Positions 8,268 through 17,696 are shown, numbered from the stretch's first letter. The stretch is 23,766 nucleotides of DNA from Gemmatimonadaceae bacterium (GCA_044224875.1 JBGAJQ010000074.1:1-23766); one strand, 5' to 3'. The notes: generated from the letters alone by a model not told the origin. Translations and numbers: made by a program.

Positions 8268-9632
8268 ATGCTCAACGTTCACGACAGCATCCTTGGCGCT
8301 ATCGGCCACACGCCGCTCATTCGCCTCAACCGCATTGCCCGCCAGATTCCCGCCACGGTGTACGCGAAGGTGGAAACCTTCAACCCGGGCAACAGCATCA
8401 AGGACCGCATGGCTGTCCGGATGATCGAGGACGCCGAGCGAAAGGGACTGCTCAAACCCGGCGGCACCATCATCGAAGGGACCAGCGGCAACACCGGCAT
8501 GGGCCTGGCCATCGCCGCGATCGTGAAAGGCTACAAGTGCATCTTCACCACGACCGACAAGCAATCAAAGGAGAAGGTCGACGCGCTGCGGGCATTTGGC
8601 GCCGAGGTCATTGTCTGTCCGACGGACGTCGACCCGGAAGACTCACGCTCCTATTACTCAGTCTCGTCGCGACTGGTGGCCGAGACGCCGAACGCGTGGA
8701 AGGCGAACCAGTACGACAACCTCAGTAACTCCCAGGCCCACTACGAAACGACGGGCCCGGAGATCTGGGAGCAGATGGAAGGCAAGGTCGATCACCTGCT
8801 GGTTGGTGTTGGAACTGGCGGCACCATCTGCGGCACGGGGAAGTACCTGAAGGAGCGCAATCCCAAGCTCAAGGTCTGGGGCATCGACACCTACGGATCC
8901 GTCTTCAAGAAGTACAAGGAGACGGGGATCCTCGATAAGCAGGAGATCTATCCGTACGTCACCGAAGGCATCGGCGAAGATTTCCTTCCGCAGAATGTCG
9001 ACTTCAGCGTCATCGACCACTTCGAGAAGGTGACGGACCGCGATGCCGCCATCTACACGCGCGAAATCGTTCGACAGGAAGGGATCTGGGTCGGCAACTC
9101 CGCAGGTTCCGCCATCGCTGGATTGTTGCAGCTGAAAGATCGCTTTGCCGCCGGCGAACGCGTCGTCATCATCTTCCACGACCATGGCACGCGCTACCTG
9201 GGCAAGATCTTCAATCCCGATTGGATGCGCCGCATGGGTTACGAGCCAATGGCTGGCCCCACCGCGCGCGACCTGGTGAAGAACAAGAAGGTGGCGGACA
9301 TCGTCGGCGTTGAAGTCACGGCCACCGTGCAGCAGGCCATCGCCCGCATGAGTGAGAACAACTTCTCGCAGATCCCGGTCACCAAGCAAAGCCGCATCGT
9401 GGGCTCACTCAGCGAATCCCACGCCTACGCTAGAATCGTCGCTGACCCGAAGGTCATGCACGAACCGGTGCAGACCATCATGCAGCAAGCCTTCCCCTTC
9501 GTGGACATCGAGACACCGGTGCAGCTGTTGGGTCCAATGATCACGGCGCAGAATCCGGCGGTGCTTGTGCGCGATTTTCCCTCCGACAAGACCTATGTGC
9601 TGACGGGGTACGACGTCCTGCAGTCGATGTAA
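8268..9632 (+). CDS. cbs: Cystathionine beta-synthase (PLP-dependent, C-terminal CBS pair)
   Basis: NPGNSIKDR (PLP Lys), EGTSGNTG, GVGTGGT, EGIG. C-terminal CBS domain with FSQIPV. No N-terminal heme extension. Confidence 0.88.
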   Translation: MLNVHDSILGAIGHTPLIRLNRIARQIPATVYAKVETFNPGNSIKDRMAVRMIEDAERKGLLKPGGTIIEGTSGNTGMGLAIAAIVKGYKCIFTTTDKQSKEKVDALRAFGAEVIVCPTDVDPEDSRSYYSVSSRLVAETPNAWKANQYDNLSNSQAHYETTGPEIWEQMEGKVDHLLVGVGTGGTICGTGKYLKERNPKLKVWGIDTYGSVFKKYKETGILDKQEIYPYVTEGIGEDFLPQNVDFSVIDHFEKVTDRDAAIYTREIVRQEGIWVGNSAGSAIAGLLQLKDRFAAGERVVIIFHDHGTRYLGKIFNPDWMRRMGYEPMAGPTARDLVKNKKVADIVGVEVTATVQQAIARMSENNFSQIPVTKQSRIVGSLSESHAYARIVADPKVMHEPVQTIMQQAFPFVDIETPVQLLGPMITAQNPAVLVRDFPSDKTYVLTGYDVLQSM

Positions 9633-9914
9633 GCCCTTCGGACACTTCAGGCTGCCGAACCCGGGTGCGGCGCCCTCGGAATCAAAGGATCCGTTGGGCC
9701 TCGCCCCATGCGTACGTAGAGCAATCGCTCGGATGAGGAGGCGAACCGAATCGGCGCCCCTCGTGGCACCGAACGCCCAGAGATAGGCGACCCGCTCCCC
9801 CATCGAACGCTCGGCCCATCCTTTCCACTGTGATCGCGACACCCCATGTTCCATACGGCGCGTGGGGGCGTCGCAGCTGCCCCACGCTTTCTCGACCCCA
9901 TGGATGACTCGCCC

Positions 9915-10370
9915 ATGATTTCCCTCACCGTGAATGGCGCACGCCGGACGTTCGATGGCGATCCCGCGATGCCCCTCCTCTGGTTCCTCCGCGATGACCT
10001 TGAGCTGACGGGCACCAAGTACGGGTGCGGCGTGGGCTCCTGCGGCGCCTGTGTCGTTCACGTGGATGGCAAGGCCGTGCGCGCCTGCCAGACCAAGATG
10101 GCCGACCTGCAAGGCAAGCCGGTGATCACCATCGAAGGCCTGCACCCCAAGGGCGAACACCCGTTGCAGCTGGCGTGGCGAAACATCGACGTGCCCCAGT
10201 GCGGCTACTGCCAGTCGGGGCAAATCATGAAGGCGGCCGAGTTGCTCAAGACGACGCCCCACCCGACCGACCAGCAGATCGACAACGCCATGAACGCGAA
10301 CATCTGTCGCTGCGGCACCTATCCACGCATTCGAGCCGCGATCAAGGCGGCGGCGGAGAAAGGGTCATGA
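9915..10370 (+). CDS. iorA: (2Fe-2S)-binding small subunit, isoquinoline 1-oxidoreductase / xanthine dehydrogenase family
   Basis: GTKYGCGVGSCGACVV, QCGYCQSG, CRCGTY. Alternative start at 9900. Confidence 0.92.
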   Translation: MISLTVNGARRTFDGDPAMPLLWFLRDDLELTGTKYGCGVGSCGACVVHVDGKAVRACQTKMADLQGKPVITIEGLHPKGEHPLQLAWRNIDVPQCGYCQSGQIMKAAELLKTTPHPTDQQIDNAMNANICRCGTYPRIRAAIKAAAEKGS

Positions 10371-12721
10371 GCCACAACCGTCACCTCGGCGCGGCCAGCG
10401 ACGACCATCCCACCGCTGGCACCCCACTGGACCCGCAGCGGCGGCGCTTCGTACAGATGCTTGGTCTTGGCGGGCTCGTCATCGCCGCTGGGCCGTTAGG
10501 CATTCGCCGACTCGACGACGCCGAAAGCCTGTGGTCTACACTGGACGACCCCTTCTCGCCACACGCCTACATCAAGCTTCACGACGACGGCACAGTGACC
10601 ATCGTCTGCCATCGGTCGGAGATGGGCCAGGGCATCCGCACCACCATGCCCTACATCATCGCCGACGAGATGGAGGCCGACTTCGCGCGCTGCCGCGTGG
10701 AGCAGGCCGTGGGCGACGAGAAGAAGTACGGCTCGCAGAACACCGACGGCTCAACGAGTATCCGGCTCTTCCTGCGCCAGTATCGCGAGGCAGGCGCCAC
10801 GGCACGCGCGTTGTTGGAAGATGCCGCCGCCAAGCAGTGGGGAGTCGGCTCCTCCGACGTTCGCGCCCGTCAGCACGAAGTCGTGCACGAGGCATCGGGG
10901 CGCAAACTCGGCTTTGCCGCGCTCGTCGCGTCGGCGCGCACCCTGCCCATGCCGGCGTCGTCGCGCGTGCGGATCAAGACCCCCGCCGAGCGTCGCTGGC
11001 AGGGAAAGAAGATGACGTCGATCGACCTGGTGCCGATGACCACTGGCACCGCCACGTATGGCGCGGACGTGCGGCTCCCAGGCATGAAGACCGCCGTGGT
11101 GGCTCACCCACCCGTATGGGGTGGCAAGGCGAAGTCCTTCGATGCCACCGCGGCCCTCAAGGTCCCAGGGGTGGAGAAGGTCCTGCACATCCCCGAACCG
11201 GAGTTGCCCGCCGGCTACAACACTGTGGGCGGTATTGCCGTGGTGGCGAAGAACACGTGGGCCGCGATCAAGGGCCGTGAGGCGCTCACCATCGTGTGGG
11301 ACGATGGCCCGAATGCGTCCTATGACTCGGTGGCATACAAGGCATCGCTCGAGGCATCGGTACGAAAACCGGGCACACCGGGACGAACGTTAGGCAACGC
11401 CACGGAGGCCCTGGCCGCCGCGTCGAAACGTATCGAGGGCGAGTACTACATGCCGCACCTCTCGCACGCGCAAATGGAACCCGTGGCGGCGGTCGCGCGG
11501 TACTCGAACGGCGTGTTGGAGGCGTGGGCGCCCACCCAGTCTCCGCAGGATGCCCGCAACACGATCGCCAAGTTCCTGGGCCTCGATGTGGCGAAGGTCA
11601 CCGTGAACGTCACCTTGTTAGGCGGCGCTTTTGGCCGGAAGTCGAAGCCGGACTTCATCTGCGAGGCGGCGTGGTTGGCGCGGGAGGTCGGCGCTCCCGT
11701 GCGCGTGCAGTGGACCCGCGAAGACGACCTGCGCAACAGCTACTATCACACCGTCGCCGCGCATCGCCTGGAGGCTGGCCTCGATGGGACGGGGAAAGTG
11801 ACGGCGTGGCGCCACCGCGTGGCGTATCCGGCCATCGACGCGACCTTTGCGCCGAACGTGGCGGGGGCGGGACCGGACGACCTCACCAACGGCGCCAGCG
11901 ACCTGCCATTTGCCATCCCCAACGTCAGCGTGGAGATCTGTCCGGCCGTGGCGCACACGCGCATCGGCTGGTACCGATCCGTGAACGCCATCCATCACGG
12001 TTTCGCCATTGGATCGTTTTTGGACGAGCTGGCGGTCGCCTCCGGAAAGGACCCCGCCATGTTCCTGATTGAGCTACTGGGGCCGAATCGCGTGGTCGAC
12101 CTGTCGAAGGATGGGCTGGTCGCACCCGCCAGCAACTACGGCGGATCGTGGACTGATTATCCCCTGGACGTCGCGCGGGCGCGCCGAGTGATCGAGCTGG
12201 CGGCTGAGAAGTCAGGATGGGGGTCGGCGCTCCCGGCCGGCCGAGGGCGTGGGATCGCCATGCATCGGTCGTTCTTGAGCTACGTGGCCATGGTGGTTGA
12301 AGTGGACGTTGCGTCTGACGGCACCATCAGCGTGCCGAAGGCAACGGTCGCCGTCGACGCCGGCTACATCGCCAATCCCGATCGTGCCCGCGCCCAGATG
12401 GAGGGAGCGGTCATCATGGGGATGAGCAATACGCTGTACTCGGAGATTTCCTTCAAGGACGGCCGCGTCGTCCAGTCGAACTACCCGAGTTATCCCGTGG
12501 CCCGCATGCGCGCGTCGCCCCGCGTGGTCGATGTGCACCTCGTCGAAAGCGAGGCGCTCCCCGGCGGTGTGGGCGAGCCCGGCATTCCGCCGTCGGCTGC
12601 AGCGCTGTGCAATGCGATCTACGCCGCGACCAAGGTGCGCGTGCGACAACTCCCGGTGGGAAGGCAACTTGCGGGCGGTCGCATGAAGACGACGGACAAC
12701 GGCCGCGGATCGGGGGCGTGA
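10367..12721 (+). CDS. iorB: Molybdopterin-binding large subunit, IorB type, Tat-exported
   Basis: ATGA overlap with iorA. Twin-Arg RRRFVQ. SEMGQG, TDGSTS, HAQMEP, LGGAFGRK, WYRSV, AQMEG, GGVGEPG. Confidence 0.92.
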   Translation: MSHNRHLGAASDDHPTAGTPLDPQRRRFVQMLGLGGLVIAAGPLGIRRLDDAESLWSTLDDPFSPHAYIKLHDDGTVTIVCHRSEMGQGIRTTMPYIIADEMEADFARCRVEQAVGDEKKYGSQNTDGSTSIRLFLRQYREAGATARALLEDAAAKQWGVGSSDVRARQHEVVHEASGRKLGFAALVASARTLPMPASSRVRIKTPAERRWQGKKMTSIDLVPMTTGTATYGADVRLPGMKTAVVAHPPVWGGKAKSFDATAALKVPGVEKVLHIPEPELPAGYNTVGGIAVVAKNTWAAIKGREALTIVWDDGPNASYDSVAYKASLEASVRKPGTPGRTLGNATEALAAASKRIEGEYYMPHLSHAQMEPVAAVARYSNGVLEAWAPTQSPQDARNTIAKFLGLDVAKVTVNVTLLGGAFGRKSKPDFICEAAWLAREVGAPVRVQWTREDDLRNSYYHTVAAHRLEAGLDGTGKVTAWRHRVAYPAIDATFAPNVAGAGPDDLTNGASDLPFAIPNVSVEICPAVAHTRIGWYRSVNAIHHGFAIGSFLDELAVASGKDPAMFLIELLGPNRVVDLSKDGLVAPASNYGGSWTDYPLDVARARRVIELAAEKSGWGSALPAGRGRGIAMHRSFLSYVAMVVEVDVASDGTISVPKATVAVDAGYIANPDRARAQMEGAVIMGMSNTLYSEISFKDGRVVQSNYPSYPVARMRASPRVVDVHLVESEALPGGVGEPGIPPSAAALCNAIYAATKVRVRQLPVGRQLAGGRMKTTDNGRGSGA

Positions 12722-12733
12722 CCCGCCCTCACC

Positions 12734-12761
12734 TTGTGCGTCGTACTGGCATCGATATCTT
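12734..12761 (+). promoter_or_regulatory. Putative sigma70 promoter of the leader peptide (likely leaderless)
   Basis: TTGTGC-N16-TATCTT, then 7 nt to in-frame GTG 12769 (ATG at 12775). No SD sequence. Confidence 0.45.
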
Positions 12762-12774
12762 GAACCTCGTGACC

Positions 12775-12861
12775 ATGAAGCTCACCCGCGTACTCCTCCT
12801 TAGCAGCGCCCTCGGCCTCGTAGGCCTGGGGCTTACTCGCATGGGAGAACGCATCGGTTAG
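12775..12861 (+). CDS. Leu/Val-rich attenuator leader peptide MKLTRVLLLSSALGLVGLGLTRMGERIG
   Basis: 28 codons with 8 Leu (5 CTC, 2 CTT, 1 CTG) and 2 Val (both GTA), including the run GTA CTC CTC CTT. Stop is 20 nt upstream of a terminator, with mutually exclusive pairings. Confidence 0.7.
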   Translation: MKLTRVLLLSSALGLVGLGLTRMGERIG

Positions 12862-12881
12862 TCACGAATCATCGTCACCTG

Positions 12882-12918
12882 CGGCCTCTCCCACGCGTCG
12901 GGAGAGGCCGTTTTTTTT
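12882..12918 (+). terminator. Rho-independent terminator (attenuator 3:4 hairpin)
   Basis: CGGCCTCTCCC-ACGCGTC-GGGAGAGGCCG, an 11-bp perfect stem followed by T8. Confidence 0.92.
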
Positions 12919-12984
12919 CGGCCCCTTGGCGCGTCGGCAGAAGGCTCGCGGGATCACATCACCCTTCCGCCAGGACAATTTGCC

Positions 12985-13152
12985 ATGAAGTACCAGCCAA
13001 GTTCCGACCACAGCGACCGCCATCGCACCACGCCCGCCAGCACCGAGAGCCACTCCTCGCCCTCGGCCGACCGCACCAGAGGGTCGGCGACGCCGTCCGA
13101 CGGTTGGCGAACGACCACCACTGCGATCTCGCAAGCTGACGGATCGGCCTGA
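12985..13152 (+). CDS. Possible 55-aa Ser/Thr-rich hypothetical ORF
   Basis: AGGA upstream of ATG 12985. MKYQPSSDHSDRHRTTPAS...ADGSA. Low complexity, no recognisable family. Confidence 0.2.
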   Translation: MKYQPSSDHSDRHRTTPASTESHSSPSADRTRGSATPSDGWRTTTTAISQADGSA

Positions 13153-13245
13153 TGCATCCTGTCGCGCGGCACGTAAGTTTGGGGCCACGTCGCACCGGTG
13201 GACGCCCACATGGTGGATGGGACCAAGCGCCAGGAGCTGCGCCGC

Positions 13246-14526
13246 GTGACAATCCCGAGTCGACCTGCCCTGCGTGCCACGCCACCCCCGTCACCCGACG
13301 GGCGGCGCGTGCTCGTCGCACTCGTCCTCGCCATGGCGTTAGGCATGGCCATCGCCAGCAGCGGCAACGCGTCTGCCATGGCATTTGCCAACGCGTTGCA
13401 GCCAATCGGCACCTTGTGGGTCAATGCCATCCGCATGACCGTGATCCTGCTGGTGGTCTCGCTGCTCATCACGGGCGTGGCATCGGTGTCGGACTTGAAG
13501 GCGGTGGGGCGATTGGGTGGACGGACGCTTGGCGTCTTTGCGGCGATGTTGTCGGTGAGTGCGGTGGTGTCACTCGTCGCAAGCACCGCGCTGTTCGCGC
13601 TCTATCCCTCCGGGTCACCGACGCAAGGCGTCTTACCCGTTGGAGCTGCTGAGGCGGCACGGGAGATTGCAGCGTCCGGACCGCCACCTGGGGTGATGGA
13701 GTGGGTGACCTCGCTCATCCCCTCCAATCCGATCGCCGCGGCCGCCAGCGGCAACATGGTGTCGCTGATCGTGTTCGCGTTCCTCTTTGCCTTGGCGGTG
13801 GCGCACGGCCCAGCCGACGCTCGGGAGACGCTGGTGCGATTCTTCACGGCGATGGGTGACGTGATGCTGCTGCTGGTGCGGTGGGTGATCACCGCAGCCC
13901 CGATCGCCATCTTCGCACTCGTCTTGCCGATGGCCGCCGGTAGTGGGGCGGCCATGGTTGGCGCCGTGGGGTTCTACATCCTCGCGATCGCCGTCACCTG
14001 CACCGTGGTCGTTGCCGCCTTCTACGTGCTGGTCGCGACGTGGGGTCGCGTACCGCTGGGTGAGTTTTCCCGCGCGTCGCTTCCGGCACAGCTCATCGGG
14101 ATGAGCTCGACATCGTCGGTGGCCACACTACCCGCCATGATCACGAGCGCCGAACAGCTACAACTGCCGGATCGGGTGAATGGCTTTGTGCTGCCGCTCG
14201 CCGTTTCCACGTTCAAGCCGGCGGCCGCCCCAATGTGGATCGTTGGCACGCTGTTCGTCAGTCACTTCTACGGCGTACCGATTGGCCCGCGGGAACTGGG
14301 AATCGTCGCCGCCGCGTCCGTCTTCCTGTCGTTCGCCGCGCCCGGCGTGCCGCGTGGCGCGTGGCTCCTGCTCACACCCTTGTTCGTGGCGATTGGGCTG
14401 CCGGCAGAAGGCATCGGGGTGCTGATTGCGGTGGATGCCCTACCGGATGTCATCGCCACGGTGGTGAACGTGACGGGGGACCTCGTCGCGACAGCCGTCG
14501 TGGGGGGACGCGAGCGGACGACGTAG
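13246..14526 (+). CDS. Dicarboxylate/amino acid:cation symporter (DAACS/SLC1 family), probably neutral amino acid specific
   Basis: AGGAG SD at 13232-13236 before GTG 13246 (alternative starts 13198, 13210). IPSNPI, HP1 STSSVATLP, FVLPLA, PGVP, DALPDVIATVVNVTGD. Confidence 0.88.
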   Translation: MTIPSRPALRATPPPSPDGRRVLVALVLAMALGMAIASSGNASAMAFANALQPIGTLWVNAIRMTVILLVVSLLITGVASVSDLKAVGRLGGRTLGVFAAMLSVSAVVSLVASTALFALYPSGSPTQGVLPVGAAEAAREIAASGPPPGVMEWVTSLIPSNPIAAAASGNMVSLIVFAFLFALAVAHGPADARETLVRFFTAMGDVMLLLVRWVITAAPIAIFALVLPMAAGSGAAMVGAVGFYILAIAVTCTVVVAAFYVLVATWGRVPLGEFSRASLPAQLIGMSSTSSVATLPAMITSAEQLQLPDRVNGFVLPLAVSTFKPAAAPMWIVGTLFVSHFYGVPIGPRELGIVAAASVFLSFAAPGVPRGAWLLLTPLFVAIGLPAEGIGVLIAVDALPDVIATVVNVTGDLVATAVVGGRERTT

Positions 14527-14561
14527 ACGTACACGTCCAATACCCGAGGCGGACGAATGCC

Positions 14562-15365
14562 TTACGCGAGCACCTCGACGTCGTCACTCAGCTGAATGGT
14601 GCCAGGCGCATGATGCGCGATGTTCTGTCCGAACATCACCCCCGAACCCTTTCGTCGAAACGTCGCTAGCGTGCGGAGCGGCTCGACTCCACGGACCCCG
14701 CTCGCCTGATCCACGGTCGTCGTCGCGCAACGCGCGCACGGCTTGGCAACCTCAAATCGCACCGACCCGATGCGAATGGTGCGCCAACCGTCCTCCGCGT
14801 ATGCCTCGGTTCCATGCACCACCACGTTCGGCCGAAAACGGTTCATTGGAACGGGCGTGGCCAGTCGTTGGTTCAGCACATCGAGGGACGCAGTGCCGAT
14901 CAAGAGGAGTGGTGCGCCGTCGCTCAACGATACGCGACGCGGCTCGCGAATCTGCCCCGCGTACTCATCGCGCATGACCCGCACGGCGTCGTCCGGTTGA
15001 TGGACGAGCCTGACGGCTGATCCGAGGAACTCCGAAAGCCACTCTCCTGCGCGCGGCGCGGCCGGACGTACGGGAGCGTCGTCGTCCCAAACCTTCGTGA
15101 CGAAGTCCGCTCCGCCTGGTTCTGGCTGCGCCACATCGATGGACTCCATCCCGGGTGCCGACAACCGGAGGCCACGCGCAGTGAGTTGCACCTGAACCAG
15201 CGCCAGCCGCGGGAACTCGCGCTGCGTCTGAAACTCGCCATCCATGTCCACGACCATCCAGCGCCGGTCACCAATCGGCCCACGATCGTCAAGCTCCATC
15301 GTGGTCACCGCAACGCCAGCGCACGACTTCACGGGGTAGATATGGAGCGAAGCTAGAGCCGGCAT
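14562..15365 (-). CDS. MOSC-domain protein (mARC/YcbX-like molybdoprotein)
   Basis: LHIYPVKSC, DRRWMVVD, SDGAPLLL, RFRPNVVV, EDGW, KPCARC, FGQN. Confidence 0.92.
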   Translation of the reverse strand: MPALASLHIYPVKSCAGVAVTTMELDDRGPIGDRRWMVVDMDGEFQTQREFPRLALVQVQLTARGLRLSAPGMESIDVAQPEPGGADFVTKVWDDDAPVRPAAPRAGEWLSEFLGSAVRLVHQPDDAVRVMRDEYAGQIREPRRVSLSDGAPLLLIGTASLDVLNQRLATPVPMNRFRPNVVVHGTEAYAEDGWRTIRIGSVRFEVAKPCARCATTTVDQASGVRGVEPLRTLATFRRKGSGVMFGQNIAHHAPGTIQLSDDVEVLA

Positions 15366-15426
15366 TGATCACCGCGCGGTGGAAGGGACTGATACGAACC
15401 CGATCTTAACTGCAGAACGCAACCGG

Positions 15427-16305
15427 CTAGCGTGCAAACGACACCAACAGGCAGCCCACCAGGATCAGTGATGCCCCCACACGACGCGGCGTTGTGAGTG
15501 ACTCACCAAGTAGTCGCCACCCGAACAGGACGCCAATCGCAATACTCGATTGGCGCACCCCCATCACGTAGCTCGACACTCCGCCACGCAAGGCCACGAG
15601 CGCCAGGAGGTACGACACGGTGTTCAGCACCCCGACCTGCACGATCGCGTGCTGCTTCCCCGCCCACTCGGCGCGAATCTCTTCTCGCGAGAAGCGCGAG
15701 AACGCGTAGGCAGCATACGCGACAGCTACCACTGCGGTGTAGGCGTAGAGATATGAAAACGGGGGCATTCGGTTGACGGCGCGTTTGTCCCACAGGGTAT
15801 ACGACGCCAGCATCAACCCGGTGAACAAGGCCCACGCGAGCCCCTTGGGATTCACATGCTCGCGGAAGTCCCGCAGGGCCCGAGGATGCAGCTCCTTCAG
15901 CTGCAAAGCGATGACGCCGCCCAGGATCAACGCCAGCCCGACACCGCCAACAAGGTCTACCTTCTCACGTTGGACGAAGAAGGCGATGATGGGCAGGAAC
16001 AGGAGCATCGAGCCGCGCGAAATCGGGTACGCGTAGGACAAATCCGAGTGCCGATACGCCTGACTCAGGGACGAGTAGGTGATCAGGACTCCGCTAGACG
16101 TCACGAGCAAGATTCCGACAACGGCGAGCGTCCGTGGCATCGCCGGCAGCCCCCACAACAGGAAGAACGGCGCGAATGCCACAGCCTCCGCCATCTTGCT
16201 CAGCGCGATGAAGAGGTTGCCGCCTCCCTCCCGCTTGAGCAGGAAGTTCCAGTACGCATGCGCCAGTGCGGAAACGACGATGAGCGCGACACCAGTTGCC
16301 GTCAC
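15427..16305 (-). CDS. EamA/DMT family transporter
   Basis: GTGA overlap with the M20 gene stop. SALAHAYWNFLLK, AYRHSDLSYAYPISR, ASYTLWDK, RQSSI, LGE. About 10 TM helices. Confidence 0.88.
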   Translation of the reverse strand: MTATGVALIVVSALAHAYWNFLLKREGGGNLFIALSKMAEAVAFAPFFLLWGLPAMPRTLAVVGILLVTSSGVLITYSSLSQAYRHSDLSYAYPISRGSMLLFLPIIAFFVQREKVDLVGGVGLALILGGVIALQLKELHPRALRDFREHVNPKGLAWALFTGLMLASYTLWDKRAVNRMPPFSYLYAYTAVVAVAYAAYAFSRFSREEIRAEWAGKQHAIVQVGVLNTVSYLLALVALRGGVSSYVMGVRQSSIAIGVLFGWRLLGESLTTPRRVGASLILVGCLLVSFAR

Positions 16306-17573
16306 GGCACGAGCCGAGCACTGCCTCCGCGCAGACCGGCGAGGGAGGAGACGACCAGGGCCACCCATTGCGGACCGAGGTACCCCTTGGCGCCATCGTC
16401 ATACGTCTCGGTGACGGAGTGCGCGCCCTTGCCCTGACCACCACCATCCATGGTGATGGCTTGCAGACCCATACTCATGGGGATGTTGGCGTCGGTCGAA
16501 CCCGCACCCATTTCGGCGTCGAAGCCTAACGCTTTTCCGGCGCCTGCAGCCACACGGGCGATGATGGAGTCGTCGCGACGCACCGATGCCGGGCGCACCC
16601 CGCGATCTTCGATGTCGACGGTGACCTTCACCGCCGAGTTGGGCCAGCGATCGTTCTCTTCCTTGAGCGCGTCGGCGACCGCCTTGCGGAACATGGCGTC
16701 CACCTTGGCGAGTTCCTCGGCGGACTCCGAGCGCAGGTCGACGTCCATGGCACCTAACGGTGAGATGGTGTTCACCGACGTTCCCCCTTCAATCACCCCT
16801 ACATTGAAGGTGGTCTTGGGCGACAAGGGCACGCGCATCTCGGAGATCTTGGCGATGGCCCTGCCTAACGCATGAATTGGGCTGGGCATCCCGAAGGCGC
16901 CGTAGCTGTGCCCCCCCGGTCCACGGAACGACACCTTGTACCGGTTGGAACCCACGCCACCTGTGGCGATCCCCAGGCCCGTGCCATCGACAGAGATGAA
17001 GTAGTCGATCTTGCGCGGCGGATTCTTGAACAGGTAGCGCACGCCGCGGAGGTTGCCGGGCCCTTCCTCGCCGACGTTGGCGATGAAGAGGATCGTTCCC
17101 TGCGTGGCCACCTTCGACAGCCGCAACGCACGGGCCACAGCCAGAATGGTCGCCAGGCCTCGGCAATCGTCCCCGATACCGGGCGCCTTCATGAGCGTGC
17201 CTGTCCGTGTCACCTTCACGTCGGTTCCTTCGGGGAACACCGTGTCGAGATGCGCCGCCAGCACCACGGTCGGCCCGTCGTCGCTGCCATGGTACTCGCC
17301 GATCACGTTACCGATCGAGTCCACACGAACGTTCGCCAGGCCAAGCCCCTCGAAGCGTCGCTTCATTTCCAGCCCGCGCTTCTCCTCCTTGAACGGGGGT
17401 GCGGGGATCTCGCAGATCGAAACCTGCTGTTCGACCGTCCAGGCGTTGTCGCGTTGGATCATGTCCATTGCCGCCTTCACGGCGGGATGATCAGATCGCA
17501 CTGGCGGGATGGTTTGCGCCGCCAGTGGCGCGGTGATGAGCAGCAGACCAATGAGGGAGAGGGAGGGTCGCAT
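16302..17573 (-). CDS. Secreted M20/M25/M40 family metallo-hydrolase
   Basis: Signal peptide ending LAA-Q. AHLDTV, GDD, GEEG, GGHSYG, GGTSVN, STDAN, AHS. Confidence 0.9.
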   Translation of the reverse strand: MRPSLSLIGLLLITAPLAAQTIPPVRSDHPAVKAAMDMIQRDNAWTVEQQVSICEIPAPPFKEEKRGLEMKRRFEGLGLANVRVDSIGNVIGEYHGSDDGPTVVLAAHLDTVFPEGTDVKVTRTGTLMKAPGIGDDCRGLATILAVARALRLSKVATQGTILFIANVGEEGPGNLRGVRYLFKNPPRKIDYFISVDGTGLGIATGGVGSNRYKVSFRGPGGHSYGAFGMPSPIHALGRAIAKISEMRVPLSPKTTFNVGVIEGGTSVNTISPLGAMDVDLRSESAEELAKVDAMFRKAVADALKEENDRWPNSAVKVTVDIEDRGVRPASVRRDDSIIARVAAGAGKALGFDAEMGAGSTDANIPMSMGLQAITMDGGGQGKGAHSVTETYDDGAKGYLGPQWVALVVSSLAGLRGGSARLVP

Positions 17574-17696
17574 TACGAGTTCGGGGGAGGCCAGTCGATG
17601 GGTGCGTTCAAGGCCGCCGGGTTACGCCGGGGGACCCACGGAAGTTTCGTCGGACCGCGCAGGGAGTGGCACGGGTGCAATCTACCACAGAATGAC

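Noticed and set aside
9633..9914. Moco or cobalamin riboswitch upstream of iorAB; hairpin GCGTGGGG...CCCCACGC
   Set aside because: Consensus elements are absent by eye. An Infernal/Rfam scan would settle it.
12775..12861. Type I toxin-like small membrane peptide
   Set aside because: No antisense promoter or terminator was seen, and the alternative helices tied to the Leu/Val codons fit attenuation better. Not fully excluded.
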